From Auritidibacter sp. Marseille-P8566 (lineage in GTDB: Bacteria; Actinomycetota; Actinomycetes; Actinomycetales; Microbacteriaceae): a stretch of DNA of 64,000 nucleotides. The translations under genes and the position numbers were made by a program. This document shows, piece by piece, positions 41,056 to 50,557 of the stretch. The stretch spans positions 55,236-119,235 of the forward strand of contig CAMAQN010000001.1 of assembly GCA_945860535.1 (NCBI GenBank), in the 5' to 3' direction. How positions within the stretch are numbered: the stretch's first letter is position 1; every line of letters begins with the position of its first letter. The notes beneath the pieces were generated by a model, which was not told where the DNA came from, made no database searches, and worked only from the letters and a program-made list of their open reading frames with translations.

Positions 41056-42012
41056 TTACAGCTTAGCGAGCGACTCGCGCGCTAGGTCGGCTGCACCAAT
41101 AACGCCGGCCTGATTCGTAAACTCGGCCGTCACAATTTTGGCCTCTGGCCTAAACCCACGGGCTGGCAGATCCTGCAAAAAACCCTCTCGAATTGGTTCG
41201 AGAATCATTTCGCCGGCATCGGATAGCCCCCCACCGATGACATAGACCTGTGGGTCTAAAACCGCGGTCATGGTAGCCATAGCCTGGCCCAGGTACCTTC
41301 CAGCCTCGCGGAAGATGGAATAGACACCTGCGTCGCCTTCTAACAGTGCTTGGTAAACCTGCGCGCCAGTTAACTCCCCGACCTCGGCCTTGAGTTCCCG
41401 CAGTCTCTGTCCTGCAGGGCCGGCACTGGCAGCAAGTTTCTTTGCCGCCTTTAGTACCGCTGTCCCGGAGGAGTACTGCTCGACGCAGCCCTTACGCCCG
41501 CAGCCGCACTGCTTCCCGTCTTGGATAACTCGAACGTGACCTAGCTCGCCAGCAATTCCAAAGCCACCGCGGCGAAGCTTGTAGTCAGCAACCACTGCCC
41601 CACCGACTCCGGTGCCTAGGGTGAGCATCACCATGTCTTTGGTGCCGCGCCCTGCGCCAAATTTGTATTCAGCCCAACCTGCAGCGTTGGCATCGTTTTC
41701 AATCACCAGCGGAACATCCAGGTGAACCTGGAGGCGGTCACGAAATGGCTCATTGCGCCAGTTCAAATTTGGGGAGTACAAGATTATGGACTGACTTGCA
41801 TCAATGAACCCGGCAGCAGCCACACCGACTCCGACGATCTCGGAGGTGGCATTAGCCATGACGTCATTGATTACGTTGACGACAGTAGTGACCATCAGAT
41901 CTGGATCCTGGGCGGGTGATGGCACCTTGGTTTCATAAAGAATTTGGCCGTGCTCGTCTACTAGCGCACCAAGAATCTTGGTGCCACCGATGTCGATACC
42001 GACCGAGAGCAT
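41056..42012 (-). CDS. ROK-family glucokinase
   Basis: DIGGTK, ENDANAA, GELGH and CGCGRKGCVE motifs. Confidence 0.93.
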   Translation of the reverse strand: MLSVGIDIGGTKILGALVDEHGQILYETKVPSPAQDPDLMVTTVVNVINDVMANATSEIVGVGVAAAGFIDASQSIILYSPNLNWRNEPFRDRLQVHLDVPLVIENDANAAGWAEYKFGAGRGTKDMVMLTLGTGVGGAVVADYKLRRGGFGIAGELGHVRVIQDGKQCGCGRKGCVEQYSSGTAVLKAAKKLAASAGPAGQRLRELKAEVGELTGAQVYQALLEGDAGVYSIFREAGRYLGQAMATMTAVLDPQVYVIGGGLSDAGEMILEPIREGFLQDLPARGFRPEAKIVTAEFTNQAGVIGAADLARESLAKL

Positions 42013-42152
42013 TTGTTCCTCACAGATTGACGAAGCTAAATTTTAGCGCTTTGTGGGAAGGTTACAAAAAATCAGGAAAAAAGTTACATAGGTTGTAGCT
42101 CGCACACTCAAAGTGGCGATTAGAGTATTTGAAACTCGAATGGGAGAAAACA

Positions 42153-43946
42153 ATGACGTTTTATGATGTGCCGCTGTTGGTGGAATCAAACCCGCAGGAA
42201 AATGCCACAGATCTGTTGCTTCAGCGGGTAGCCAAGAACCCAAAGCACCCACTTTTTTCAAGACAGAACCCAGACAAGAGCTGGCGTGATGTCACCGCTG
42301 GTGAATTCCTGGCCGAAGTAAGCACTTTGGGTAAGGGATTGATTGCCGCTGGCATAAAGCCTGGACAGGCCGTGGCCATCATGTCCAAGACCCGCTACGA
42401 GTGGTCGATGATCGACTTTGCGATCTGGTTTGCCGGTGCTGTAACCGTCCCTATCTACGAGTCAAGCTCCCCGTCACAGATCGAGTGGATCCTTTCAGAC
42501 TCAGATGCTGTCGCTTTGTTTATTGAGAACGAGGAGCACCAGTCACGTGTTGACCAGATTCGCTCTAATACTCCTAGGGTTACCCAGGTTTGGAAGATCG
42601 ATTCTGCAGACTTCACCAAGCTGCACCAGTCCGGCGAAACCGTCGCGGACGAGGTCTTGGAGACCGCACGCACCAATGCGTCGCTAGGCGATTTGGCAAC
42701 CATCGTGTACACCTCTGGTACCACTGGAAACCCAAAGGGCTGTGAGCTAACTCACCGCTCACTGGTTGACCACTGCAAGAACGCAGCGGCAGAACTTCCT
42801 GAAATTGCCAACGACAAGCAGCACTCACTGATTTTCTTGCCAATGGCTCACATCTTGGCTCGTTACGTATCGGTGCTTTGCATCTACTCCGGCATCAGAG
42901 TTGGTCACCTAGGTGACACCAAGCTGGTTGGCGAAGTGCTTCCAGTATTCAAGCCGACGTTCTTGCTTGCAGTTCCTCGTGTATTCGAAAAGGTTTACAA
43001 CGGTGCAGAGCTAAAGGCCGAAGCTGCCGGCAAGGGCAAGATCTTCCGCGCTGCCGCAGAGACTGCTATCGAATACAGCAAGGCTCTTGATGCTAAGGGT
43101 GGACCGTCACTTGGTCTGAAGGTCAAGCACGGGCTGTTTGACAAGCTGGTTTACTCCAAGCTTCGCGCTGCCATGGGTGGTGGGGTCAAGTACGCCATCT
43201 CCGGAGGAGCGCCACTGGGTGCTCGCCTGGGTCACTTCTTCCGCGGCATCGGGCTAATCGTTCTTGAGGGTTATGGCCTAACCGAGACTGCAGCTGCTGC
43301 GGTCATTGGTCGCGTCAGCTGGCAGAAGATCGGCAAGGTAGGCCGAGCTCTTCCTGGCACCGGCATCAGGATTGCAGATGACGGTGAAATTTGGCTTCGC
43401 GGCATCAACATGATGCGCGGATACTGGCGCAATGAGAGTGCTACTCGTGAGGCATTCTCTGAAGACTGGTTCCGCACCGGAGACATTGGTGAGTTAGACG
43501 AAGATGGCTTCTTGACCATTACCGGTCGCAAAAAGGAGATCTTGGTCACCGCAGGTGGTAAGAACGTCGCCCCGGCTCCGATCGAAGACCCAATCCGCGC
43601 TCACCCACTGGTTGGCCAGGTTGTTGTGATTGGTGATGCAAAGCCGTTCATCTCGGCTTTGATTTCCCTGGACCCAGACATGGTTCCAGTTTGGACGGCA
43701 AACAATGGCATCACTGAGAAGTTGACGCTTGCTGAGGCTGCCAAGCACCCGAAGATTCGCGAAGAAATTGCGGCCGCAATTGCAGTTGTGAACAAGAAGT
43801 TCTCAACAGCTGAGCAAATCAAGGAGTTTGAGATTCTGGATGTCGAGCTAACCGAGGCTTCCGGTCACCTAACCCCATCGCTAAAGATCAAGCGACCAAA
43901 GGTTATGTCTGACTTCGCCCTGCACGTAGACAGAATCTACGGCTAG
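42153..43946 (+). CDS. Long-chain fatty acid--CoA ligase (AMP-dependent synthetase)
   Basis: YTSGTTGNPKG, GYGLTE and RTGDIG motifs; ATG 42153 follows GGGAG. Confidence 0.93.
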   Translation: MTFYDVPLLVESNPQENATDLLLQRVAKNPKHPLFSRQNPDKSWRDVTAGEFLAEVSTLGKGLIAAGIKPGQAVAIMSKTRYEWSMIDFAIWFAGAVTVPIYESSSPSQIEWILSDSDAVALFIENEEHQSRVDQIRSNTPRVTQVWKIDSADFTKLHQSGETVADEVLETARTNASLGDLATIVYTSGTTGNPKGCELTHRSLVDHCKNAAAELPEIANDKQHSLIFLPMAHILARYVSVLCIYSGIRVGHLGDTKLVGEVLPVFKPTFLLAVPRVFEKVYNGAELKAEAAGKGKIFRAAAETAIEYSKALDAKGGPSLGLKVKHGLFDKLVYSKLRAAMGGGVKYAISGGAPLGARLGHFFRGIGLIVLEGYGLTETAAAAVIGRVSWQKIGKVGRALPGTGIRIADDGEIWLRGINMMRGYWRNESATREAFSEDWFRTGDIGELDEDGFLTITGRKKEILVTAGGKNVAPAPIEDPIRAHPLVGQVVVIGDAKPFISALISLDPDMVPVWTANNGITEKLTLAEAAKHPKIREEIAAAIAVVNKKFSTAEQIKEFEILDVELTEASGHLTPSLKIKRPKVMSDFALHVDRIYG

Positions 43947-44437
43947 GGAAGAAACCAGGTCTGTTGACGCAGGTTGGCGAAAGCCAACCTGCGTTCTTCT
44001 TTTTCTAGCCGATCTAAATACAAGAGTCCTTTGAGGTGATCACACTCGTGCTGGAGAGCTTGGGCCATAAGCCCCTCCCCTGAAACCTCAATTTGACTAC
44101 CGTCCAGCTGGTAGCCGCGGGCAGTGGCCTTTGGATACCTTGGAGTCATATGCCAAAGTCCTGGGACCGAGAGGCAGCCCTCTTCTAGAAGTTCTATCTC
44201 GCCCTCTACCTTCACGATTTCGGGATTGATTAGGTAACCGATGTTGCCGTCGACGTTATAGGAGAAAGCAGAAAGACCAACGCCAATCTGGGTTGCTGCA
44301 ACTCCCGCACGACCGGGAAGGGCTGTGGTGTCGAGTAGGTCCTGAATCAGCCCTTTGACTGAATCAAAATCATTGATTTCGGTGGTTGGTGATTTCAGAA
44401 CTGGATCACCAAATAGTCGAATTTCCCTTACTGCCAC
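43943..44437 (-). CDS. def: Peptide deformylase
   Basis: GVAATQIG, EGCLS and HECDH motifs. Confidence 0.96.
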   Translation of the reverse strand: MAVREIRLFGDPVLKSPTTEINDFDSVKGLIQDLLDTTALPGRAGVAATQIGVGLSAFSYNVDGNIGYLINPEIVKVEGEIELLEEGCLSVPGLWHMTPRYPKATARGYQLDGSQIEVSGEGLMAQALQHECDHLKGLLYLDRLEKEERRLAFANLRQQTWFLP

Positions 44438-44443
44438 CGCAAC

Positions 44444-47400
44444 CTACTCGATGACCGCGATTAGGTCTCCGCCTTCAACCGGGGTTGGACCTGCAACGCC
44501 TAGTCGAACCACGCGACCTGCAATAGGAGCCGCAATATTGGCTTCCATCTTCATCGCTTCGATACTTGCAATCGGCTGGCCGACCAGAACGGTGTCACCG
44601 ATAACAACCTTGGGCGTTACAACTCCGGTGAATGGCGCGGCAGCGTGACCAGGCTGGTTTGGATCAGCTTTTTCAGCACTGGCAACTGCAACTTGAATGC
44701 TGTGGTCGCGAACGGTGATTGGCCTGAGCTGACCATTTAGCTTTGCCATGACAGAGCGGAAGCCCTTCAGATCTGCCTCACCGATTGCCTCAAGGCCGAC
44801 AAACAGTTGGATTCCCTTGCGCAGTTCAACTACGTGTTCAATATCTGACTCGAGGCCGTACAGATAATCCAGGGTCGCGAGCTTGTCCAGCTGGCCATAG
44901 AGGTTAGTGGTGCGCTGGAAGTCCTTGGTAGGGCCTGGGAACAGCAGTCGGTTCAGGGTGCTGCGAACCTCGTTGTGGTTCTTGGAGTTCAGTTTTAGCA
45001 AGTCCTCCGCAGGAACCGGAGTAATTGAGATGTCTACGCTTCGACCGCTTAGCACTTTGGATCTAAATGGCTCTGGCCAGCCGCCTGGAAGGTCTCCAAG
45101 TTCCCCAGCCATAAAACCAACAACACTCTGCGGGATGTCGTAGTTCTGAGGGTTTTGCTCAAAGTCCTTAGGGTCCGCCGCTACCGCAACCAGGTGCAGA
45201 GCTAGGTCACCGACGACCTTGGAGGACGGGGTCACCTTTGGTGGTCGTCCCAAGATTCGGTTTGCCTCGGCATACATCTCTTCGACAAGCTCAAAGCGGT
45301 CGCCTAGCCCGAGCGCAATAGCCTGCTGACGAAGGTTAGATAGCTGACCACCCGGAATCTCGTGTCGGTAAACGCGACCGGTTGGTCCTGGAAGGCCAGA
45401 TTCAAATGGTGCATAAACCCTGCGGACCGCTTCCCAGTAAGGCTCAAGGTCAGTTACCTTGTCCAGGCCGATCTTGGTGTCACGCTTTGTAAATGCCAGC
45501 GCTGCCACAAGTGCCGAAGCCGAAGGCTGGCTAGTGGTTCCAGCCATCGGTGCGCTGGCAACGTCTACTGCATCGACCCCAGCCTCAATTGCGGCTAGCA
45601 GCGTAGCCAGCTGGCCACCTGCGGTGTCGTGAGTGTGCAGGTGAACCGGCAGGTCAAAACGCTCTCTGAGAGCCCTAACCAAAATCTTGGCGGCTTCAGG
45701 TCGCAAAAGACCTGCCATGTCCTTGATTGCCAAAACGTGAGCACCCGCAGCGACGATCTTGTCTGCAAGTTCAAGGTAGTAATCCAGGGTGTAAAGCGTC
45801 TCAGCAGGATCGCTTAGGTTTCCGGTGTAGCTCATGGCAACCTCAGCCAAAGCAGTTCCGGTGTCTCTAACCGCGGTAATTGCAGGCAGCATTTGGTCGA
45901 CATCGTTTAGAGCATCAAAGATGCGGAAGATGTCAACACCAGTTCTGGCAGCTTCAAAGACGAATGCCCTTGTCACCTCTTCAGGATATGGGGTGTAGCC
46001 AACAGTGTTTCGACCGCGTAACAACATTTGGATACAGACGTTTGGCAGTGCCTCGCGGATTTGCGCTAGGCGATCCCAAGGGTCCTCCCCCAGAAAACGA
46101 AGGGCAACGTCGTAGGTTGCGCCACCCCACGCTTCGATGGAAAGTAGCTCCGGAGTCATGCGCGCAACATATGGTGCTGCTGCCACCAGGTCACGGCCAC
46201 GGACACGGGTTGCCAGCAGTGACTGGTGTGCATCTCGGAAGGTTGTGTCGGTTACCAAGACTCGCTCTTGGCTTCGCATCCAGGCCGCAAAGCCCTGTGG
46301 GCCCAACTCGGTCAGCAACTGCTTGGTTCCAGCTGGTGCCTGGCTTGAGATGTCTAGGTTTGGAAGCTTCAAAGAGGGGTCAATCTTGCCGTCTCTGGTT
46401 CCCCAAGGCTTGTTGACAGTTACCTCAGCCAGCCACTGCAGCACTTTGGTGCCGCGGTCCTGGGAGACCTTGCCGTGCATAAGCTCCGGACGCTCATCAA
46501 TGAAGTGAGTGGAGAGCTCACCGGACGCAAAAGTCGCGTCATCCAAAACTGCCTGGAGGAAGTTGATGTTGGTTGCAACTCCGCGCACACGGAATTCCGC
46601 TAGCGCACGCTTTGCTCTTTCAACGGCTGAGTGGAAGTCTCGACCACGTGCAACAAGCTTTACCAGCAAGGAGTCAAAGTGCGGAGAAACCTCGGCACCT
46701 GTGGTTACAGTTCCACCATCTAGTCGAATACCGGCACCGCCAGGAGAGCGATAGGTGGTGATCTTTCCAGTGTCTGGCCTAAAGCCAGCGCTTGGATCCT
46801 CGGTAGTAATGCGGCACTGGAGTGCAAATCCGTGAGGTTTAATGTCCTCTTGACGAAGACCCAGCTCCTCGAGGGTGGCACCGGCTGCAATTCTCATCTG
46901 CGACTGAACTAGGTCAACATCGGTGATTTCCTCGGTAACGGTGTGCTCCACCTGAATGCGAGGGTTCATCTCGATAAAGACGTGCTTGCCGGCATTTGGG
47001 CCGACCGTATCAATTAGAAACTCAACGGTTCCGGCATTCTGATAACCAATTTCTTTGGCAAATGCGATTGCATCTCGGAACAACTGCTGTCTTAGCGCAT
47101 CGTCCAACTTTGGAGCTGGAGCAATCTCGATGACCTTCTGGTTTCTACGCTGGATGCTGCAATCACGCTCGTGAAGGTGAATGACGTTGCCGTGCATATC
47201 CGCAAGGATTTGCACCTCGATGTGACGAGGTCGTATTACTGCCTGCTCCAGGAAAACTCTGGAGTCGCCAAAAGCACTGCCAGCCTCACGCATCGCAGCG
47301 TCGAGAGACTGCAAAAGCTCTGACTCTTGGTCAACCTTGCGCATTCCTCGACCGCCACCACCGGCAACTGCCTTGACAAAAAGTGGGAATCCGATTTTTT

Positions 47401-47845
47401 GAGCCTGAGGGACCAAGACACTCACATCATCCGAAGACTCGGTCGATGCCAAAACTGGCACGCCAGCGCGGATAGCCGCCAACTTAGCGTTGACCTTGTC
47501 GCCAGCAAGCTCTAGAACTTCTGGGCCGGGACCCACAAATACGATTCCGTTTTCTTTTGCCGCACGAGCAAGGTCTGGATTCTCGGACAAAAAGCCATAG
47601 CCAGGGTAAATCGCGTCAGCGCCGGCTTCTTTGGCAACGCGGATCATTTCCGAAACCGAAAGGTAGGCCTTGACCGGCGATCCTTCCGCGTTTATTTCGT
47701 AGGCCTCGTCGGCCTTTAGGCGGTGAACGGAGTTGCGATCTTCAAACGGATACACAGCTACGGTCGAAGCGCCGGTCTCATAAGCAGCACGGAAAGCGCG
47801 CACTGCGATCTCGCCGCGGTTAGCAACCAAAATTTTCTTGAACAT
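44444..47845 (-). CDS. pyc: Pyruvate carboxylase
   Basis: Biotin carboxylase (ANRGEIA), carboxyltransferase (RDAHQSL, HLHTH) and biotinyl EAMKM domains. Confidence 0.98.
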   Translation of the reverse strand: MFKKILVANRGEIAVRAFRAAYETGASTVAVYPFEDRNSVHRLKADEAYEINAEGSPVKAYLSVSEMIRVAKEAGADAIYPGYGFLSENPDLARAAKENGIVFVGPGPEVLELAGDKVNAKLAAIRAGVPVLASTESSDDVSVLVPQAQKIGFPLFVKAVAGGGGRGMRKVDQESELLQSLDAAMREAGSAFGDSRVFLEQAVIRPRHIEVQILADMHGNVIHLHERDCSIQRRNQKVIEIAPAPKLDDALRQQLFRDAIAFAKEIGYQNAGTVEFLIDTVGPNAGKHVFIEMNPRIQVEHTVTEEITDVDLVQSQMRIAAGATLEELGLRQEDIKPHGFALQCRITTEDPSAGFRPDTGKITTYRSPGGAGIRLDGGTVTTGAEVSPHFDSLLVKLVARGRDFHSAVERAKRALAEFRVRGVATNINFLQAVLDDATFASGELSTHFIDERPELMHGKVSQDRGTKVLQWLAEVTVNKPWGTRDGKIDPSLKLPNLDISSQAPAGTKQLLTELGPQGFAAWMRSQERVLVTDTTFRDAHQSLLATRVRGRDLVAAAPYVARMTPELLSIEAWGGATYDVALRFLGEDPWDRLAQIREALPNVCIQMLLRGRNTVGYTPYPEEVTRAFVFEAARTGVDIFRIFDALNDVDQMLPAITAVRDTGTALAEVAMSYTGNLSDPAETLYTLDYYLELADKIVAAGAHVLAIKDMAGLLRPEAAKILVRALRERFDLPVHLHTHDTAGGQLATLLAAIEAGVDAVDVASAPMAGTTSQPSASALVAALAFTKRDTKIGLDKVTDLEPYWEAVRRVYAPFESGLPGPTGRVYRHEIPGGQLSNLRQQAIALGLGDRFELVEEMYAEANRILGRPPKVTPSSKVVGDLALHLVAVAADPKDFEQNPQNYDIPQSVVGFMAGELGDLPGGWPEPFRSKVLSGRSVDISITPVPAEDLLKLNSKNHNEVRSTLNRLLFPGPTKDFQRTTNLYGQLDKLATLDYLYGLESDIEHVVELRKGIQLFVGLEAIGEADLKGFRSVMAKLNGQLRPITVRDHSIQVAVASAEKADPNQPGHAAAPFTGVVTPKVVIGDTVLVGQPIASIEAMKMEANIAAPIAGRVVRLGVAGPTPVEGGDLIAVIE

Positions 47846-47908
47846 AGAACCTCACTGAAACGGTGGGGTGCTTCGGCGAACCCGACTATAAAAAGGTAGC
47901 CTATTGCA

Positions 47909-48826
47909 GTGCAAGTTCTAAGTGTGAGCTCTTTAAAGGGTGGCGTGGGAAAAACTACCGTCGCCTTGGGTCTGGCGTCGGCCGCCCTGAACAAGGGGCT
48001 GAACACTTTGTTGGTAGACCTTGACCCTCAGTGTGACGCAACCAGCGGCCTCGGTGCCGTAAGCGACTTCGGAACTTCGGTGGCAGAAGTGCTGCAATCC
48101 CCCAAGCTTCCGATCATTCGCAGGGCAATCGTGCCATCTCCCTGGAATGCCAGCTCCAAGATGGATGTCTTGGTCGGATCCCCTCGCTCGCTGCTTTTGG
48201 ACAACCCAGCCCCTTCGGTGGCGGATGTCTGGAAGTTAGAGGAAGTTCTAACTCAAATTGAAGACGAGTACGACCTTGTAATCATCGACACCCCACCTTC
48301 GATCAATGCACTCACCAGGACAGCCTGGGTTGCATCGGACAGAGTGATCTTGGTCACCGAGCCTTCGCTCTACTCTGTTATCGCAGCTGACCGCGCGCGA
48401 AAAGCAATCGCCGAGATTAGCGCCAAGCTAACCCCAAGACTTCAGTTGCTGGGAGTGGTCGTAAACCGACTTCGTCCTCAGTCCAACGAGCACGAATACC
48501 GAATCAAGGAATTGCGCGAGATGTTTGGGGAGCAGCTACTTATGCCTTTTTTCGAGGAGCGCGCCGCAATTCAGCAGTCCACCGGTGCCGCCCGCCCAAT
48601 CCACGCCTGGCCGGCCGAGGGTGCGGCAGAGATTGCAAAAGCTTTTGACTGGCTATTGGCAGGCGCGGTGTCTGACATTGACCACGGCACCGAACGACGT
48701 GATCGAGTTGGCGTTGTGGGACGTGCCACCAGGGGCAGAGCTAACCCGATTACTGAATTTATGCCTAGTGAAGAAGCCCCGCAGTCAAGGGCAGAAGCCA
48801 AAAAGAAGCGTTGGTTTAGACGCTAA
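47909..48826 (+). CDS. ParA/MinD-family ATPase
   Basis: KGGVGKTT deviant Walker A, DLDPQ and IDTPP motifs. Confidence 0.92.
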   Translation: MQVLSVSSLKGGVGKTTVALGLASAALNKGLNTLLVDLDPQCDATSGLGAVSDFGTSVAEVLQSPKLPIIRRAIVPSPWNASSKMDVLVGSPRSLLLDNPAPSVADVWKLEEVLTQIEDEYDLVIIDTPPSINALTRTAWVASDRVILVTEPSLYSVIAADRARKAIAEISAKLTPRLQLLGVVVNRLRPQSNEHEYRIKELREMFGEQLLMPFFEERAAIQQSTGAARPIHAWPAEGAAEIAKAFDWLLAGAVSDIDHGTERRDRVGVVGRATRGRANPITEFMPSEEAPQSRAEAKKKRWFRR

Positions 48827-49335
48827 GAAATCTTGCGAGCTCTACGAGCTGCTAGTTCATCTTGAATGTTGGCTTCTTCAGCCGCAAAGTCAACCAAGGT
48901 TGCCTCCACTTCGCGAAGCACGCGTCCAACTGCAATTCCAAATACGCCCTGACCCTGACCAAGCAAGTCGATTACTTCATCCTGTGAGGTGCAGAGATAG
49001 ACCCTTGCGCCGTCAGACATCAGTGTGGTGTTGCTCAAATCGCTCATGCCAGCAGCACGAAGTTGTTCAACAGCAAAACGAATCTGCTGTAGCGATACTC
49101 CGGTGTCGAGTAAGCGCTTTACCAGCTTTAGAACCAAGATGTCGCGGAAAGCATAGAGGCGCTGAGATCCAGAACCGGTTGCGGTCTGGATGGATGGGAT
49201 TACCAAACCGGTGCGGTCCCAATAGTCAAGCTGGCGGTAAGAGATACCCGCTGCTGCGGCCGCAGACGCACCACGGTAACCGATGTCCTGCGATGGCAGT
49301 CCGTCGGTGAACAGCATTGGGGACTGAATCTCCAC
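48823..49335 (-). CDS. MerR-family regulator (Rv1830/McdR-like)
   Basis: GYRG..A...AGISYRQLDYW, GSGSQRLY and GQGVFGIA motifs. Confidence 0.92.
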   Translation of the reverse strand: MEIQSPMLFTDGLPSQDIGYRGASAAAAAGISYRQLDYWDRTGLVIPSIQTATGSGSQRLYAFRDILVLKLVKRLLDTGVSLQQIRFAVEQLRAAGMSDLSNTTLMSDGARVYLCTSQDEVIDLLGQGQGVFGIAVGRVLREVEATLVDFAAEEANIQDELAARRARKIS

Positions 49336-49370
49336 TTTGCCTTCTCCCTGTGGTCAAGTTCCGTTAAGTC

Positions 49371-49416
49371 TGCCTTCAACCTGAGGTTTATGGTTTATCC
49401 ACAGCTCGGCGTGTCG
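49371..49416 (-). promoter_or_regulatory. Composite control region: FtsR-like palindrome (49371-49395), DnaA box (49395-49403), GACAC motif (49408-49416)
   Basis: Minus strand reads CGACACGCC-GAGC-TGTGGATA-AACCATAAACCTCAGGTTGAAGGCA; perfect TTATCCACA on the + strand. Confidence 0.6.
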
Positions 49417-49420
49417 AAAC

Positions 49421-50101
49421 CTAGTTCTCGATAGAGTCGATTGCCTCGGAAATTAGGTGGGAACGAATAGCGCCAAAGCGCTCTGCAATCTCGCGGGCAA
49501 TGTGACCAGCCCTGGCAGCGGATTCTGGGGCTTTCTTTCTCAAAACCGGCTCTGTGACTCCGGTGATGATTCCCACCTCACGCTCGGCAGCAGACTTTAG
49601 GCCTCTTAGGTGCCTTGGCTGGATACCGAACTGTTCAAGGCCAACAAGTGCAAAAGCAATTTCAACCTCGTGGGAAGAGTGCGGTTGAGCACCAAATAGT
49701 CCAAGTTCGGCACCCTCGCGGAAAGCAAGGTCGCCCAATCCGGTCTCTGCCTTGAGCTGTGCGGTGGAGAATCGCTGGCCCTTGCGCAAAGATCCTGGGT
49801 TGGTTGGAGGAAGAAGTGGTTGACGTCCTGCGTCGATTTCATCTAGGTAGTCGCGGATGACCTTTAGCGGCAGGTACTGGTCGCGCTGCAGGGTCAAAAT
49901 GATGCGAATTCGCTCAATCTGCGACTCTGAATACTTGCGATATCCCGAGTCGGTGCGATCTGGAGTAATCAGCCCCTGGTCCTCTAGAAAGCGCAGTTTG
50001 GACGGGCTTAGGTCAGAGAACTCAGGCTTGAGTACCCCAAGCACCTGACCGATTGTGTAGAGCTTGAGGTGGTCTTGGATTTTCCTTACGGCGTTATCCA
50101 T
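49421..50101 (-). CDS. ftsR: MerR-family regulator FtsR (Rv1828-like)
   Basis: IGQVL..L.PEF.DLSPSKLRFLE, RTDSGYRKY, YLPLKVI and PRHLR motifs; directly downstream of the garA/odhI homologue. Confidence 0.85.
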   Translation of the reverse strand: MDNAVRKIQDHLKLYTIGQVLGVLKPEFSDLSPSKLRFLEDQGLITPDRTDSGYRKYSESQIERIRIILTLQRDQYLPLKVIRDYLDEIDAGRQPLLPPTNPGSLRKGQRFSTAQLKAETGLGDLAFREGAELGLFGAQPHSSHEVEIAFALVGLEQFGIQPRHLRGLKSAAEREVGIITGVTEPVLRKKAPESAARAGHIAREIAERFGAIRSHLISEAIDSIEN

Positions 50102-50103
50102 TA

Positions 50104-50523
50104 CTACCTGTCCTTATCCGAAGCAAAAAAGGTCATCCGGAACTTGCCAATTTGGACTTCGTCACCGTGGCTCAAATCCGCAGAGTCAACCCTTGAACCA
50201 ACAGCATAGGTTCCATTCATAGAGCCCAAATCCGTAACGCTGAATCTGTTACCAGATCGTATAAATTCAGCGTGCTTACGAGAGACGGTTACGTCATCTA
50301 AAAAGATGTCAGCATCAGGGTGACGACCTGCGACGGTCACGTCCTGGTCCAGAAGGAATCTCGAACCAACGCCAGCACCACGTCTAACAATTAGAAGGGC
50401 AGAGCCTGCAGGTAGAGCAGAGACAGCGGATAGCTCTTCTGGGGAAAGAGAGTCTGAGTCCTGTGGAACTAGGTCTTCTGCAAAGCGAGCAGTTTCATCG
50501 CTTGAATGAAAATCCTTGACCAC
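50104..50523 (-). CDS. garA: FHA-domain protein GarA/OdhI
   Basis: GRHPDADIFLDDVTVSRKHA, DLGSMNGT and QIGKFR motifs; start moved to GTG 50523 after a GGAGG RBS. Confidence 0.88.
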   Translation of the reverse strand: MVKDFHSSDETARFAEDLVPQDSDSLSPEELSAVSALPAGSALLIVRRGAGVGSRFLLDQDVTVAGRHPDADIFLDDVTVSRKHAEFIRSGNRFSVTDLGSMNGTYAVGSRVDSADLSHGDEVQIGKFRMTFFASDKDR

Positions 50524-50557
50524 GGTGTCCTCCCCTTGAACCATAATGCTAGGGGAT

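Noticed and set aside
48525-49310. 261-aa ORF on the + strand
   Set aside because: Overlaps ParA-like out of frame and MerR antisense; Arg/Pro-rich non-protein-like composition.
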